This document shows positions 1 through 8,851 of a DNA stretch of 64,000 nt, one piece after another (the first letter of the stretch is position 1; every line of letters begins with the position of its first letter). The stretch is from IMG/VR virus record IMGVR_UViG_3300047445_000122; one strand, given 5' to 3'. Made by a program: the position numbers and the translations under genes. Origin of the DNA: a virus (taxonomy: Duplodnaviria; Heunggongvirae; Uroviricota; Caudoviricetes). The notes below the pieces were generated by a model. The model did no database searches. It saw only the letters and a list, made by a program, of their open reading frames with translations, and was not told the origin of the DNA.

Positions 1-48
1 AGCGTCCGAGTCAAACAATGGCCTTACATCAAGGTCATCAAGCTGTAA
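1..48 (+). CDS. 3' end of a truncated upstream gene (...SVRVKQWPYIKVIKL*)
   Basis: Open frame 1 ending TAA at 46-48, directly before a terminator. Confidence 0.4.
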   Translation, partial: SVRVKQWPYIKVIKL

Positions 49-50
49 AC

Positions 51-84
51 AAAATGCCCCTGGGAACGATCCCAGGGGCTTTTT
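51..84. terminator. Bidirectional intrinsic terminator
   Basis: GCCCCTGGGA/TCCCAGGGGC stem flanked by A and T tracts, between convergent genes. Confidence 0.85.
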
Positions 85-87
85 CAT

Positions 88-585
88 TTACTGTCCAACC
101 TTCTTTTTGGGCTGCTGGTAGCGCTTCAGTGAGTGTTGGTTTGGGAAAATCTCACGCTCTGTCAGAATCACAAAGTCAGCGTCATTGGCGTCAGCATATG
201 CCCGCGCCGCCACCCACTTCGATTCATTGGTCAGCCAAGTCCTGACATCCTCAGCCCAGCTCGCATCCTTCTGGTTCTTCCCGCGTGTGGGCTTCTTGGT
301 TTGACTGTATGGCTTGATCTCAATGATCTTCTTCCTGATCCCGGTCGGAGTCTTCACGAACAGAATTGCATCCGTGAAGTACCTGTGCTTGCGACCGTCA
401 ACCTGACTGATGTAGGGGATGATCAACTCCTCGCTACCCCACTTCAAAATCTCTGGGGTGTCGTCAAACCATCTGAATGCAGCCAACTCCCAAGATGATC
501 GATACACAATGTTGTTCACATCGCCAATGTACTTGTGTGGATTAACGGGCCTGTACTTACCCTGTACGAAATTAGAGCCGCGCAT
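88..585 (-). CDS. gp4: Head completion nuclease (T4 gp4-like, TnsA-N fold)
   Basis: YRSSWE...KWGSEELIIPY...HRYFTD...IEIKP motifs; GGAGG SD favours start at 585 over 597. Confidence 0.9.
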   Translation of the reverse strand: MRGSNFVQGKYRPVNPHKYIGDVNNIVYRSSWELAAFRWFDDTPEILKWGSEELIIPYISQVDGRKHRYFTDAILFVKTPTGIRKKIIEIKPYSQTKKPTRGKNQKDASWAEDVRTWLTNESKWVAARAYADANDADFVILTEREIFPNQHSLKRYQQPKKKVGQ

Positions 586-633
586 GGCAACCTCCATAAA
601 ACAGAGCCCAGATCAAGTCTGGGCTCTTTGTTA

Positions 634-1365
634 TCACACTCTGCGTCTGCGCTTCGGAGCCGGTTTGGCCTTGGCGTAGATGTTCTTGCGGGTGTCGCTC
701 TGACGGGCGGTCTTGTGACCTTCGATGTGTTTCCACTTCTGAACTTGCAAAAAGACCGCGATTATCCAATCTGCTGACGGAATTTCCACCAGCCTGGACT
801 TGAACCGATCTACCCTGTACGCGTGGACAGCACGCTCTGCGAGGACACCTGCGGCCTCTTTAATCAGCGCCCACTGAAGCTTCAGCTTGACTTGAGCTGA
901 CCAACCCTTCGCCGCCTTGAACTTCATCAACTTTTCATACATAGCGGCGCGTTGCGCCGGGGCCAGATAGTGCATGTTTAATCCCCACAGCAACAACTTG
1001 CCTTCCTTCGAGCGCCCGGAGTTGAAGAAGAACACCATAGGGAAGCGGTCATACACTTGGAGTTCAGCATCACCTGCTTGCTCTGCCTCATATTCATACA
1101 AGTACAGCTTGCCAATCATGCCTTGAGTGGCTCTTGGCTCGAATGCGTTGTAGCTCTCAGGTCTCGACAGAATGTCTGTCGCTTTTGGGTTGAAGTTCTT
1201 GGAGACTTCCTTGCGGAACCAAGCCAAGGAATCCTTGCCATGTCGCTCGAAGTCAGCTGGATGGGTCAGCCTGAACTTGTCCCAAAACTTGCTGACAACT
1301 TCCGGTGAGGTGAAGATGTCATCACCCTTCCGCGCCTTGTCTTGGTTTTTTGTTGTAGCGGGCAT
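634..1365 (-). CDS. gp2: DNA end protector protein (T4 gp2-like)
   Basis: GKLYLYEY...YDRFPMVFF...GLNMHYLAP pattern; adjacent to gp4. Confidence 0.85.
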   Translation of the reverse strand: MPATTKNQDKARKGDDIFTSPEVVSKFWDKFRLTHPADFERHGKDSLAWFRKEVSKNFNPKATDILSRPESYNAFEPRATQGMIGKLYLYEYEAEQAGDAELQVYDRFPMVFFFNSGRSKEGKLLLWGLNMHYLAPAQRAAMYEKLMKFKAAKGWSAQVKLKLQWALIKEAAGVLAERAVHAYRVDRFKSRLVEIPSADWIIAVFLQVQKWKHIEGHKTARQSDTRKNIYAKAKPAPKRRRRV

Positions 1366-1374
1366 GTCTGCTCC

Positions 1375-1403
1375 CTAAATAGTATCACGTATACACTACT
1401 TAA
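1375..1403. promoter_or_regulatory. Divergent late (gp55-type) promoters
   Basis: CTAAATA (+, 1375-1381) before gp54-like gene; TTAAGTA (-, 1397-1403) before gp2; resemble T4 late TATAAATA. Confidence 0.7.
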
Positions 1404-1416
1404 CAGAGGAAAGAAA

Positions 1417-2322
1417 ATGCTTACCATCAAGGACTTTCTGACCCATGTACGCCAGCGTGGTCTCCAACGCAGCAATCGCTTCATTGTCAGCATGAACATC
1501 CCAACCGCCGTGATCAACAAGTTCAACGAGACCGGAGCCGAGCTGACGACTGCGCCTGTTCCCAACGGCGACAGGATTGCTGAGGGTACCAACCGCGACA
1601 GCATAGCAATGGCTAAAACACTGGCCCTCATGGCTGTGGACGTCAGCTCTCCGGGAGCGAACATCCAATCCACAGAACAAAACGTGGGAGTTCATCGCAA
1701 GATTGCTGATGGACAGAACAACGGGGAGTTGAACATCACATTCCGCTGCTCTGGCGACATGGCTGAACGCAAGCTGTTTGATACATGGCGCTCCGTCATC
1801 TTCAGGGACAACAAGACGGTCGCTTACTACGATGACTATGTCTGTCCCAATCTGGATATCTACACCCAGGACAACGCAGGCCATCACACCTACCACGTTG
1901 GGCTTGAAGAGGCGTATCCAACCACAATCACAGAGTTGCCGTTGAACGCTGAACAAGAAAACGCTGTCTTGCTGTTCCAAGTCACGTTCACCTTCCGCCG
2001 TGTGTTCAATGTGACTCTGGATGCCAACAAGAACAACAGTTTGCCTGTTTGGGCTCAAGACACTGGAAGGGCAAGTCTGACCGCCTCATCCCTCCCTCCT
2101 GCGCCGTACAACGCCAACACCCACCTGTTCTTGATTGACATCTACAAGAACATTGAGCGCGTCAAGCAACAGATCGAGAACGGGACGCTCAACAAGGCCA
2201 TGGGACAGAAGTTGATCCTGAACATCATCAGGGACATCAATGCCTCCGGGGTCAACACAGGCATCACAGGCCAGGCTCTGGGTTACGCCAACAGCCTCAT
2301 CTACCTTTTGGGAAAGAAATAA
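1417..2322 (+). CDS. gp54: Baseplate tail-tube initiator (T4 gp54-like)
   Basis: GLQRSNRFIV, ITFR...ERKLFDTW, YYDDY, EAYPTTI...L tube-family motifs; SD before ATG 1417. Confidence 0.75.
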   Translation: MLTIKDFLTHVRQRGLQRSNRFIVSMNIPTAVINKFNETGAELTTAPVPNGDRIAEGTNRDSIAMAKTLALMAVDVSSPGANIQSTEQNVGVHRKIADGQNNGELNITFRCSGDMAERKLFDTWRSVIFRDNKTVAYYDDYVCPNLDIYTQDNAGHHTYHVGLEEAYPTTITELPLNAEQENAVLLFQVTFTFRRVFNVTLDANKNNSLPVWAQDTGRASLTASSLPPAPYNANTHLFLIDIYKNIERVKQQIENGTLNKAMGQKLILNIIRDINASGVNTGITGQALGYANSLIYLLGKK

Positions 2323-2323
2323 C

Positions 2324-2854
2324 ATGATTCCAGCATTTATCCAACGTTGGCTCATCATCGCTGCTTTGATCGCTGCGGCCGGTGCCACTGGCTTCGTGAA
2401 GGGCATCGAGTACCAACAAGAGCGTGACATGGTACGCCAGACCCAGGGATTGGTCTATGTCGCCAAGAAGACAGCTGAGCTTCAATCTGTGGCAGACAAG
2501 ACGGCTACAGAGGTACAACACACCCAAGAACAAGTCCGCACCATTTATAAAACCATTGTCAAGAAGGAAATTGAATATGTCACGCTTGATCCTCATGCTC
2601 ATGATGTGCTTGAGCCTAGCTTCGTGTTGCTCTACAACGCCGCCAGTCTTGCATGCGACCCTTCCACAAGCACCTGCCAATCTCAGGCCAGCGTTGCCGG
2701 CGACGTTACCCATGCTGAGCTCATCCGCAAGTACAACGCAGCCTCTGAGCACTACCAAACCTGTCGTGTCGCCCTCGAAGGCTACGACAAATTCTACAAC
2801 GAAGTAAGGGAGAAGGTGAACAGCGATGCAAATTCCAAGTCCACAAACGATTAA
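2324..2854 (+). CDS. i-spanin (Rz-like)
   Basis: N-terminal TM, predicted coiled-coil body, FVLLYNAA motif; directly upstream of endolysin; contains an embedded lipoprotein ORF. Confidence 0.75.
   Translation: MIPAFIQRWLIIAALIAAAGATGFVKGIEYQQERDMVRQTQGLVYVAKKTAELQSVADKTATEVQHTQEQVRTIYKTIVKKEIEYVTLDPHAHDVLEPSFVLLYNAASLACDPSTSTCQSQASVAGDVTHAELIRKYNAASEHYQTCRVALEGYDKFYNEVREKVNSDANSKSTND
2577..2807 (+). CDS. o-spanin lipoprotein (Rz1-like), embedded in i-spanin in another frame
   Basis: AAGGA SD 8 nt upstream; MSRLILMLMMCLSLASC signal with lipobox LASC; Pro/Thr-rich mature part. Confidence 0.75.
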   Translation: MSRLILMLMMCLSLASCCSTTPPVLHATLPQAPANLRPALPATLPMLSSSASTTQPLSTTKPVVSPSKATTNSTTK

Positions 2855-3440
2855 GGGGTTGTTTCCGAAGTGCGCCAATCCAGATGGTCTGTCAAAGGCT
2901 CTGGCCACTGTTTCACTCAACTATCAAATCAACACACCCTACCGCTTGGCATCATTCATCGCCCAAACAGGGCATGAGTCGGCTGGGTTCAGCACCTTCA
3001 GCGAGAACCTCATGTACAGGGCTGAGACCCTCCTGAAGGTCTTCCCAAAGTATTTCACATCTGATTCCCAGGCTAGGGCTTACGAGAAGCGCCCGGAGGC
3101 CATCGCAAACCGCGTGTATGGGGGACGAATGGGGAATGGGCCTGAAACCTCAGGAGAGGGCTTTAAATACCGCGGCAGGGGTTGTATCCAACTCACCGGC
3201 AAGGACAACTACCGGGCTGCTGGATTGGCTTTGAAAGTAGACCTGTTGACGAATCCAGACCTGGCTTGTGAAATGCCATATGCTTTGGAGACAGCGGCCT
3301 GGTTCTGGAACTCACGCGGGTTGAATGCTCTGGCAGACGCCCAAGACCAAGTAGGCATTTGTAAGCGTGTGAATGGTGGCGTGATCGGCTTGGAGGAGCG
3401 CAAGACACTCTACCAGAAAGTACTGGCGGTGGTGTCATGA
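2826..3440 (+). CDS. Endolysin, glycoside hydrolase family 19
   Basis: AQTGHES, ENL.Y, YRGRGCIQLTGKDNY, WFWN, RVNGG motifs. Confidence 0.92.
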   Translation: MQIPSPQTIKGLFPKCANPDGLSKALATVSLNYQINTPYRLASFIAQTGHESAGFSTFSENLMYRAETLLKVFPKYFTSDSQARAYEKRPEAIANRVYGGRMGNGPETSGEGFKYRGRGCIQLTGKDNYRAAGLALKVDLLTNPDLACEMPYALETAAWFWNSRGLNALADAQDQVGICKRVNGGVIGLEERKTLYQKVLAVVS

Positions 3441-3445
3441 TCTGT

Positions 3446-3453
3446 GATAAGTA
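3446..3453 (+). promoter_or_regulatory. Late promoter for the membrane/holin pair
   Basis: GATAAGTA matches the window's NTAARTA late consensus. Confidence 0.5.
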
Positions 3454-3489
3454 CAATATTGTCCGATGAACGACTCACTTGGAGGTCTT

Positions 3490-3807
3490 ATGTTGCACAT
3501 GTGCATCTTGACTGCCGGGTTTGTTGCCCTTTCAATCTCCAGCGCCTACACCTTTATCAAGGTCAAAGGCAAGAATCTGTCGCTTGAGGAGACCATACCA
3601 GCTGTGTTGTTTGGCTGCGGTCTCTTCGGCGCTGCCTTGATGCTGAGAAATTTGTTTGGGACAATCATCGGTGGCGTTGAGAATGGTTCTAGTGACCTTC
3701 TCCTAACGTGTATGTGTTGGTTGAATATTGTAGCTGGTCTTCTCGTCAGCCGCTATATCAGAATCCACCACGTCCACAGAATTGAATGTAAGAGGTTGAC
3801 ATGTTGA
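3490..3807 (+). CDS. Small 3-TM membrane protein (holin/antiholin candidate)
   Basis: GGAGG SD before ATG 3490; three hydrophobic segments, basic C-terminus; in lysis cassette. Confidence 0.55.
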   Translation: MLHMCILTAGFVALSISSAYTFIKVKGKNLSLEETIPAVLFGCGLFGAALMLRNLFGTIIGGVENGSSDLLLTCMCWLNIVAGLLVSRYIRIHHVHRIECKRLTC

Positions 3808-4298
3808 ATGACGAGAACTTTAGCAGTATGGCTTCCCGCCTCTATGACCTGTTTGCTGCTGGTCTTCTGTCTGTATTGGGCGGTACTGCGGCCTACACTT
3901 ACAAGACGGTCAAGGAGGACACAGGCTTCAGCCTGAAACACTTCTTCATCAATGCGTTCCTCGCCTTCTTCATTGGTAACATGCTGGGTAACTTCTTGCC
4001 GCCGACAGCACAATACCGTGACGGCATGTTGATGCTTGCTGGTTTCGCCACCTGGCCGATCCTGGGCATCATGGAGTTCTATGGACGACGCATTGTTGTG
4101 AAGTGGATCGACGCGAAGTTGAACATGAATGAAGCCGAAAACGCCTTGGCAGACCAAGCCAAGGCTGAAGATAAAAACATCAGCCAATCCCCAGCCCCGG
4201 CTCCCGTAGAGCCAGAAGCAGTTGTTGAGACAAGTCAACCTCCTCAACCAGCACCGGCTTTCGTTGTGGGTACGGCTGACAAGACTCAGAGGAACTAA
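3801..4298 (+). CDS. Holin-like membrane protein (LydA-like) with Pro/Ala-rich tail
   Basis: GLLSVLGG.AAY...AFFIGNMLG...AGFATWPILG pattern; about 3 TM; in lysis cassette. Confidence 0.65.
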   Translation: MLNDENFSSMASRLYDLFAAGLLSVLGGTAAYTYKTVKEDTGFSLKHFFINAFLAFFIGNMLGNFLPPTAQYRDGMLMLAGFATWPILGIMEFYGRRIVVKWIDAKLNMNEAENALADQAKAEDKNISQSPAPAPVEPEAVVETSQPPQPAPAFVVGTADKTQRN

Positions 4299-4300
4299 CC

Positions 4301-5056
4301 ATGTTGAATTCCACTCCTTCCAAGTTCCGCTCACGATACACCGGAGCGGAAATTGACAGCCTTCTGACCTCCATCCAGAACAAGATTGACACAAGCTACA
4401 TCGTCAACAACTTTGATGGGGGTGAAGACTTGATTGCTTCAGCCGAGCTGGCAAAGATTCTGTATGATAATGACCAGCGTCTGAACGATCCGAACTACAT
4501 CCAAGACTTGATCCTGTCGATCCCTAATGCTGTGATCGTCACTCAAGCTGACATCGACAAACTCGACCGTCTGGCAGGAGCCTTCCAAGGTTCCTTCGCT
4601 GACGTTGCTGCACGTAACCTGGGAGTCAACACCGGTGGCTTCAAGGGCGGTGAGTTGACCTTCCTGATCAATGACGGACACGGCCAACAAGAGCTGTCTT
4701 ACTGGTCCACCCAGTCTCTGACTTGGGTCAAGGCCAGCTTCCTGCCGTCTGCTACCCTCCCGCCTATCAACAGTACAGTCGGCGGAACCGTTGCGGCTGT
4801 TCAACTCGATACCAACAAGTTCAGCTTGGCGAAGTACATCGTGAAGTTGACGACTTCCACAGAATTGCTGGTGTTCGAGTTGCTGGTGGCTGTGCGATCA
4901 GGAGTAGACACATATTGGACCACACAAGGCTACATCGGTACCAATTCCACTCTGGGGAAGGTGTTGAGTTGTTCCATCGCATCCAATACCCTGAATGTGA
5001 ATGTCCAAGTCCCTCCTAACTCCACACTGACGTTCTCTAAAATCCTGGAGGTATGA
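4301..5056 (+). CDS. Hypothetical virion structural protein
   Basis: 251-aa ORF in late operon, beta-rich C-terminus; family not recognised. Confidence 0.7.
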   Translation: MLNSTPSKFRSRYTGAEIDSLLTSIQNKIDTSYIVNNFDGGEDLIASAELAKILYDNDQRLNDPNYIQDLILSIPNAVIVTQADIDKLDRLAGAFQGSFADVAARNLGVNTGGFKGGELTFLINDGHGQQELSYWSTQSLTWVKASFLPSATLPPINSTVGGTVAAVQLDTNKFSLAKYIVKLTTSTELLVFELLVAVRSGVDTYWTTQGYIGTNSTLGKVLSCSIASNTLNVNVQVPPNSTLTFSKILEV

Positions 5057-5868
5057 TGGATCTTGATATCGAAACATTGGAAACCAAACTCCAGACACTG
5101 GTATCCGCCGTTGACACGTTTGTGAACGGCGATGTTGGGCTGAGAGTGGCTATCTCTGGTGGTCGCACCATCAGCACCTTGGCAGGGCTGGATCGTAAGA
5201 TCAAGTCCACCAAGTATGTACAGAAGTTGGTTGACTACAAGAAGTTGGTTGACGCCGAGACAGACGCAGCCGCAGGAATCATCATCGTTCCAGGTAATGT
5301 TGTTCGTGTGTATGCCGATCCTGTGGTATCCAACAATCGCTTGTACGAGGTACAAGATGACCTCACATTGACAAGGGTTGACTACACAGACATCTATGAC
5401 TTGAACTCCACAACCAACGATCACCAAAACGTGCGTGTTGTGAAGCAGTCATTTGATGACCTCATCGACCCAGTGCGCAATGCCATCTTGACCATGTCTG
5501 TTCGCACCTCGGAGACAAAGGTGTTTTGCCAAGCAATGAAAGGCCGGATGCGTCTGGTCTCACAAGTGTCGGATAACGCCGGTGTGATGATGGCTGAGTT
5601 CTATCTGTTGGTTGGCCTGTACAACGGACAACTTCATGTCAATTACCAAGTTGCTCCTGGGTCTCTGGTGACTCTGCCAATCCCGAACGGCGAGAACCCT
5701 GGATTGGACACACCTCCTCCAGTGTTGACTGCGCGTCTTGTGACGTCTGGTTCATACCACCAAATCATCATCGCTCCTGATTGGGACGATTCAACAGGCA
5801 TCCTCCCCGGTGACCCTGTTCAGATTGAATGGACTCTTGAAGGGTTCGGCCACGACAGTCTGTATTGA
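5053..5868 (+). CDS. Hypothetical structural protein; N-terminus resembles tailspike attachment regions
   Basis: DTFVNGD...V...GGRTISTLAG recalls tailspike N-termini; coupled to upstream gene. Confidence 0.55.
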   Translation: MMDLDIETLETKLQTLVSAVDTFVNGDVGLRVAISGGRTISTLAGLDRKIKSTKYVQKLVDYKKLVDAETDAAAGIIIVPGNVVRVYADPVVSNNRLYEVQDDLTLTRVDYTDIYDLNSTTNDHQNVRVVKQSFDDLIDPVRNAILTMSVRTSETKVFCQAMKGRMRLVSQVSDNAGVMMAEFYLLVGLYNGQLHVNYQVAPGSLVTLPIPNGENPGLDTPPPVLTARLVTSGSYHQIIIAPDWDDSTGILPGDPVQIEWTLEGFGHDSLY

Positions 5869-5873
5869 TAAAC

Positions 5874-5904
5874 AAGCCCCTCAGTTACCCACTGAGGGGC
5901 TTTT
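5874..5904 (+). terminator. Intrinsic terminator
   Basis: GCCCCTCAGT/ACTGAGGGGC stem + TTTT. Confidence 0.8.
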
Positions 5905-5910
5905 GTTTTG

Positions 5911-5917
5911 CTAAATA
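5911..5917 (+). promoter_or_regulatory. Late promoter
   Basis: CTAAATA about 30 nt before gp48-like ATG. Confidence 0.7.
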
Positions 5918-5946
5918 TTGGGTACACAACATTGCCCGGAGATATC

Positions 5947-6963
5947 ATGGCGACTACAACCAATCAAAAGTATGGCAAACTGAACGGCCAAAGCAAGACC
6001 CCATGGGCGTCAAGCGACACAGACAAGAACGCCCGTCAGTTGGTGTACCCAATCGGCTTCGGGGATACATCGGATCACTCAGGCTTGGCCATGGTGTTTG
6101 AATTCAATACCATCACCCAAGTCGGCAGCACTGCATATGAGAAGACCCTGACAGGTTCAGGCAATCTCACGAAGCGCAACACCTCTGACGGTTTGATGGA
6201 CAACACAGAGACAGCCCTGTCCCGCGATGGCGGTGCTGCTACCCTCCGCAACTCCACTAACAACATGTTGGGACTGAGAGCCACATACAAGAAGACTCCA
6301 ATCAGCATTGTCCTCCCGCCTCCAGACGCCATCTCAGACAACCTCGATTTGTCTTGGAACAACGTTGAGTTGGGCGCTATTGGACGGGCTGGTGACTTGA
6401 TCAACAGCACGAAGTCCGGGGATTGGGATGCTGTCTTGAAGCAAATGGGCGGCGCTGCTATGGGTGTGGCCTCCAAGCTGTCTCAGAGCCTTGGTGGACC
6501 AGACTTCAAGAACTGGGCTCAGCTGGCAACTGGACTGGTTGAGAACAACTACAACGAGGTGGCCTTCAGCAATGTGTCCAACCGCTCCTTCCCGTTCCGC
6601 TGGACTCTGGTTCCGCGCAATGAGCAAGAAGCCGACATCATCAACGCATTGATCCACCGCTTCCGCTGGGCTTCACTGCCTGAGTTGTTTGATGAGAAGG
6701 GCGCCAACGCCTCCTTCTTCCGCGCTCCATGGACATTCGACATCCACATTATTGACATCGCCACTGGGGTACAATCCCCGCGCTTCCCGAAGATTGGTAC
6801 ATGCGCCCTCACAAGTGTGAAGGTCGACCGTGCGCCGAAGGGGGAGTTGTCTGTTGTGGGCGATGATCATCAACCATTGGCCATCACTCTGGAACTCAAC
6901 TTCGTTGAGCTGTTCACCCTCCACAAGGGTATGCTTGAACAGGGTGTGGATTACTCCTATTGA
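5947..6963 (+). CDS. gp48: Baseplate tail-tube cap (T4 gp48-like)
   Basis: IVLPPP..ISDN...W, F.NVSNRSFPFRWTLVPRNEQEA, AP.TFDI, KIGTCALTSV. Confidence 0.85.
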   Translation: MATTTNQKYGKLNGQSKTPWASSDTDKNARQLVYPIGFGDTSDHSGLAMVFEFNTITQVGSTAYEKTLTGSGNLTKRNTSDGLMDNTETALSRDGGAATLRNSTNNMLGLRATYKKTPISIVLPPPDAISDNLDLSWNNVELGAIGRAGDLINSTKSGDWDAVLKQMGGAAMGVASKLSQSLGGPDFKNWAQLATGLVENNYNEVAFSNVSNRSFPFRWTLVPRNEQEADIINALIHRFRWASLPELFDEKGANASFFRAPWTFDIHIIDIATGVQSPRFPKIGTCALTSVKVDRAPKGELSVVGDDHQPLAITLELNFVELFTLHKGMLEQGVDYSY

Positions 6964-6974
6964 TCGGGACTGAC

Positions 6975-7520
6975 ATGACATACACAAGCAACTTCGGTGT
7001 GGTACCATTTCAAAGCACCACACTGGGTCTGGTGGACGTACCAGACATGACCAAATTCGCTGCGATCCCGGCTGAGTTCCGGGATGCACGCTACACACTC
7101 CAATATACCATCAAGGACGGCGAGCGCTTGGACCAACTGGCGAAGCGCATCTATGACAAGGAGGAACGCTATTGGATCATCATGTTGATGAACGACATGA
7201 CCTCTCTGGGACAAGTGTGGCCTCTCAATGAAGATGAGTTGAGGGAGTCCATGAAACGTCGCTACCCATTCAACGAGTGGGATGATGTTCATCACTATGA
7301 GACCCTGGAGGGCAACATTGTTGATCCATATTCAGAAGCAGCTCTGTCAGGCGTCAGTGTCAGCACATGGCTGTCACTGAACAATCCTGTCGCTGTGTCC
7401 ATTGGAGACTATGAAACCCAAATCAACGACGCCAAGCGCAACATCCTGATCCTCGACCCATCATTGGTTGATCGTCTGGAGACTGCCATGAACGACGCAT
7501 TCAAGGATAGTACAACATGA
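6975..7520 (+). CDS. gp53: Baseplate wedge subunit (T4 gp53-like, LysM)
   Basis: YTIKDGERLDQLA..IY.....YWIIMLMN...WPL...HHYE. Confidence 0.88.
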   Translation: MTYTSNFGVVPFQSTTLGLVDVPDMTKFAAIPAEFRDARYTLQYTIKDGERLDQLAKRIYDKEERYWIIMLMNDMTSLGQVWPLNEDELRESMKRRYPFNEWDDVHHYETLEGNIVDPYSEAALSGVSVSTWLSLNNPVAVSIGDYETQINDAKRNILILDPSLVDRLETAMNDAFKDSTT

Positions 7521-8851
7521 CCGATCAAACCCACGGCTATGACTTCCAACATCAATTCAACATCTATGACATTCTGATCTACCGCGACGGCTGGGCTGAA
7601 GCCGACAAGCTGGATTTGAAGAACATGATGATGGAGTTGAACATCTATGAAGACATCTTCAACGCCTCTGTGACAGCCCAGATTTTCTTCCTGGACATGA
7701 CTAACCTCGTGGACAACTTCCCGGTCGTGGGCGGCGAACGCATAGACATTCGCTACAACACTCCAGGACAGAAGGAAGTCCAGACCCTGGCGATGGTTGT
7801 CGGCTCCGTGGGGAATCGCGTGAGGCCGATGTCTAATAGCCAGTATCAAGGCGTTATCCTGAACCTCGTGACCCCGGAACGCTACAAGGACGTGAATCTG
7901 GACTTGTCCATGTCGTTCAAGGGGCCATACTCACAGATTGTCAAGTCCATTCTTCAAACCCTGTCGAAGGATCGCAAGTTGTACTCCGACACGACTTTGT
8001 ATTCACAAACCTTCATTGCTCCATACTGGTCTCCTCTGAAGTGCTGCCGTCAAATTGCTGAGCGCTCCATGGGCCCGAAGTATGAGCCATTCCTGTTCTA
8101 TGAAACCACTGACGGTTACAACTTCAAGTCTGTGTTGAATCTGTACACTGCGAAGCCGTATGCGAAGTTGTTCATCATGCCAGGTAAAACAGGCAACCTC
8201 CCACCGGAGAAGGCCCGCAGGAAGGTGATTGAATATTCTGATGCCAAGGCTACAGACCGCATCCGTCAATGTTTCGAGACAGCATTCGGGGGCAGTGTCA
8301 CGACACTGGACACAACCATCGGACGCTATGTGGATGGATCGCAGAGTTACTCCCACATGGCCATGTCCAAGGACTTCGCCAAGGTCGATCAATTCCCTCT
8401 CGTGGATAACATGGATGGGAACCGCAACAAGAGTGAGTTGTTGATCGCCAGGGCTGACAAGTCTCATGAGGGGTTCCAGTACAAGCAATCCATCCGCAGT
8501 CTCATCGACAACTACCGCTACAAGGTTAAGGTGCCCGGTGACTCAGGATACCACGCCGGACAGATCATTGAGCTTGATGTGCCTGATGTGAGTATTACTA
8601 AGTACAGAAGAGAACAAACGACATCTGGTAGATGGTTGATCGGTTCCCTGAAACACACCATCAAGCGTGACTCGTTCTACACCACACTTGAGTTGTTGAA
8701 GGACAGCCATACCTACGACATCGCCAGCAAAGTGAAGGGAAAACCAAAGTATGACCCGACAAGAGCAAATACAGGCTCAAAACCGACAGATGAGCCAAGT
8801 CAGGTATCCACAAGAGACCAGACCCCAAGCAGCAAGACCTCCGACAGCTAA
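7517..8851 (+). CDS. Baseplate hub protein (gp27-like)
   Basis: LNIYEDIF....TAQI...D..NL...PVVGGE motif; position between gp53 and tape measure. Confidence 0.7.
   Translation: MTDQTHGYDFQHQFNIYDILIYRDGWAEADKLDLKNMMMELNIYEDIFNASVTAQIFFLDMTNLVDNFPVVGGERIDIRYNTPGQKEVQTLAMVVGSVGNRVRPMSNSQYQGVILNLVTPERYKDVNLDLSMSFKGPYSQIVKSILQTLSKDRKLYSDTTLYSQTFIAPYWSPLKCCRQIAERSMGPKYEPFLFYETTDGYNFKSVLNLYTAKPYAKLFIMPGKTGNLPPEKARRKVIEYSDAKATDRIRQCFETAFGGSVTTLDTTIGRYVDGSQSYSHMAMSKDFAKVDQFPLVDNMDGNRNKSELLIARADKSHEGFQYKQSIRSLIDNYRYKVKVPGDSGYHAGQIIELDVPDVSITKYRREQTTSGRWLIGSLKHTIKRDSFYTTLELLKDSHTYDIASKVKGKPKYDPTRANTGSKPTDEPSQVSTRDQTPSSKTSDS

Noticed and set aside
3466-3501. Lambda-S-type dual-start motif in the 3-TM protein
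   Set aside because: The Met codons lack an intervening basic residue, and only ATG 3490 has a good SD.
8751-8851. 101-nt overlap of hub and tape-measure genes as a frameshift signal
   Set aside because: No slippery heptamer or downstream structure was noted; it is most simply a low-complexity C-terminal extension.
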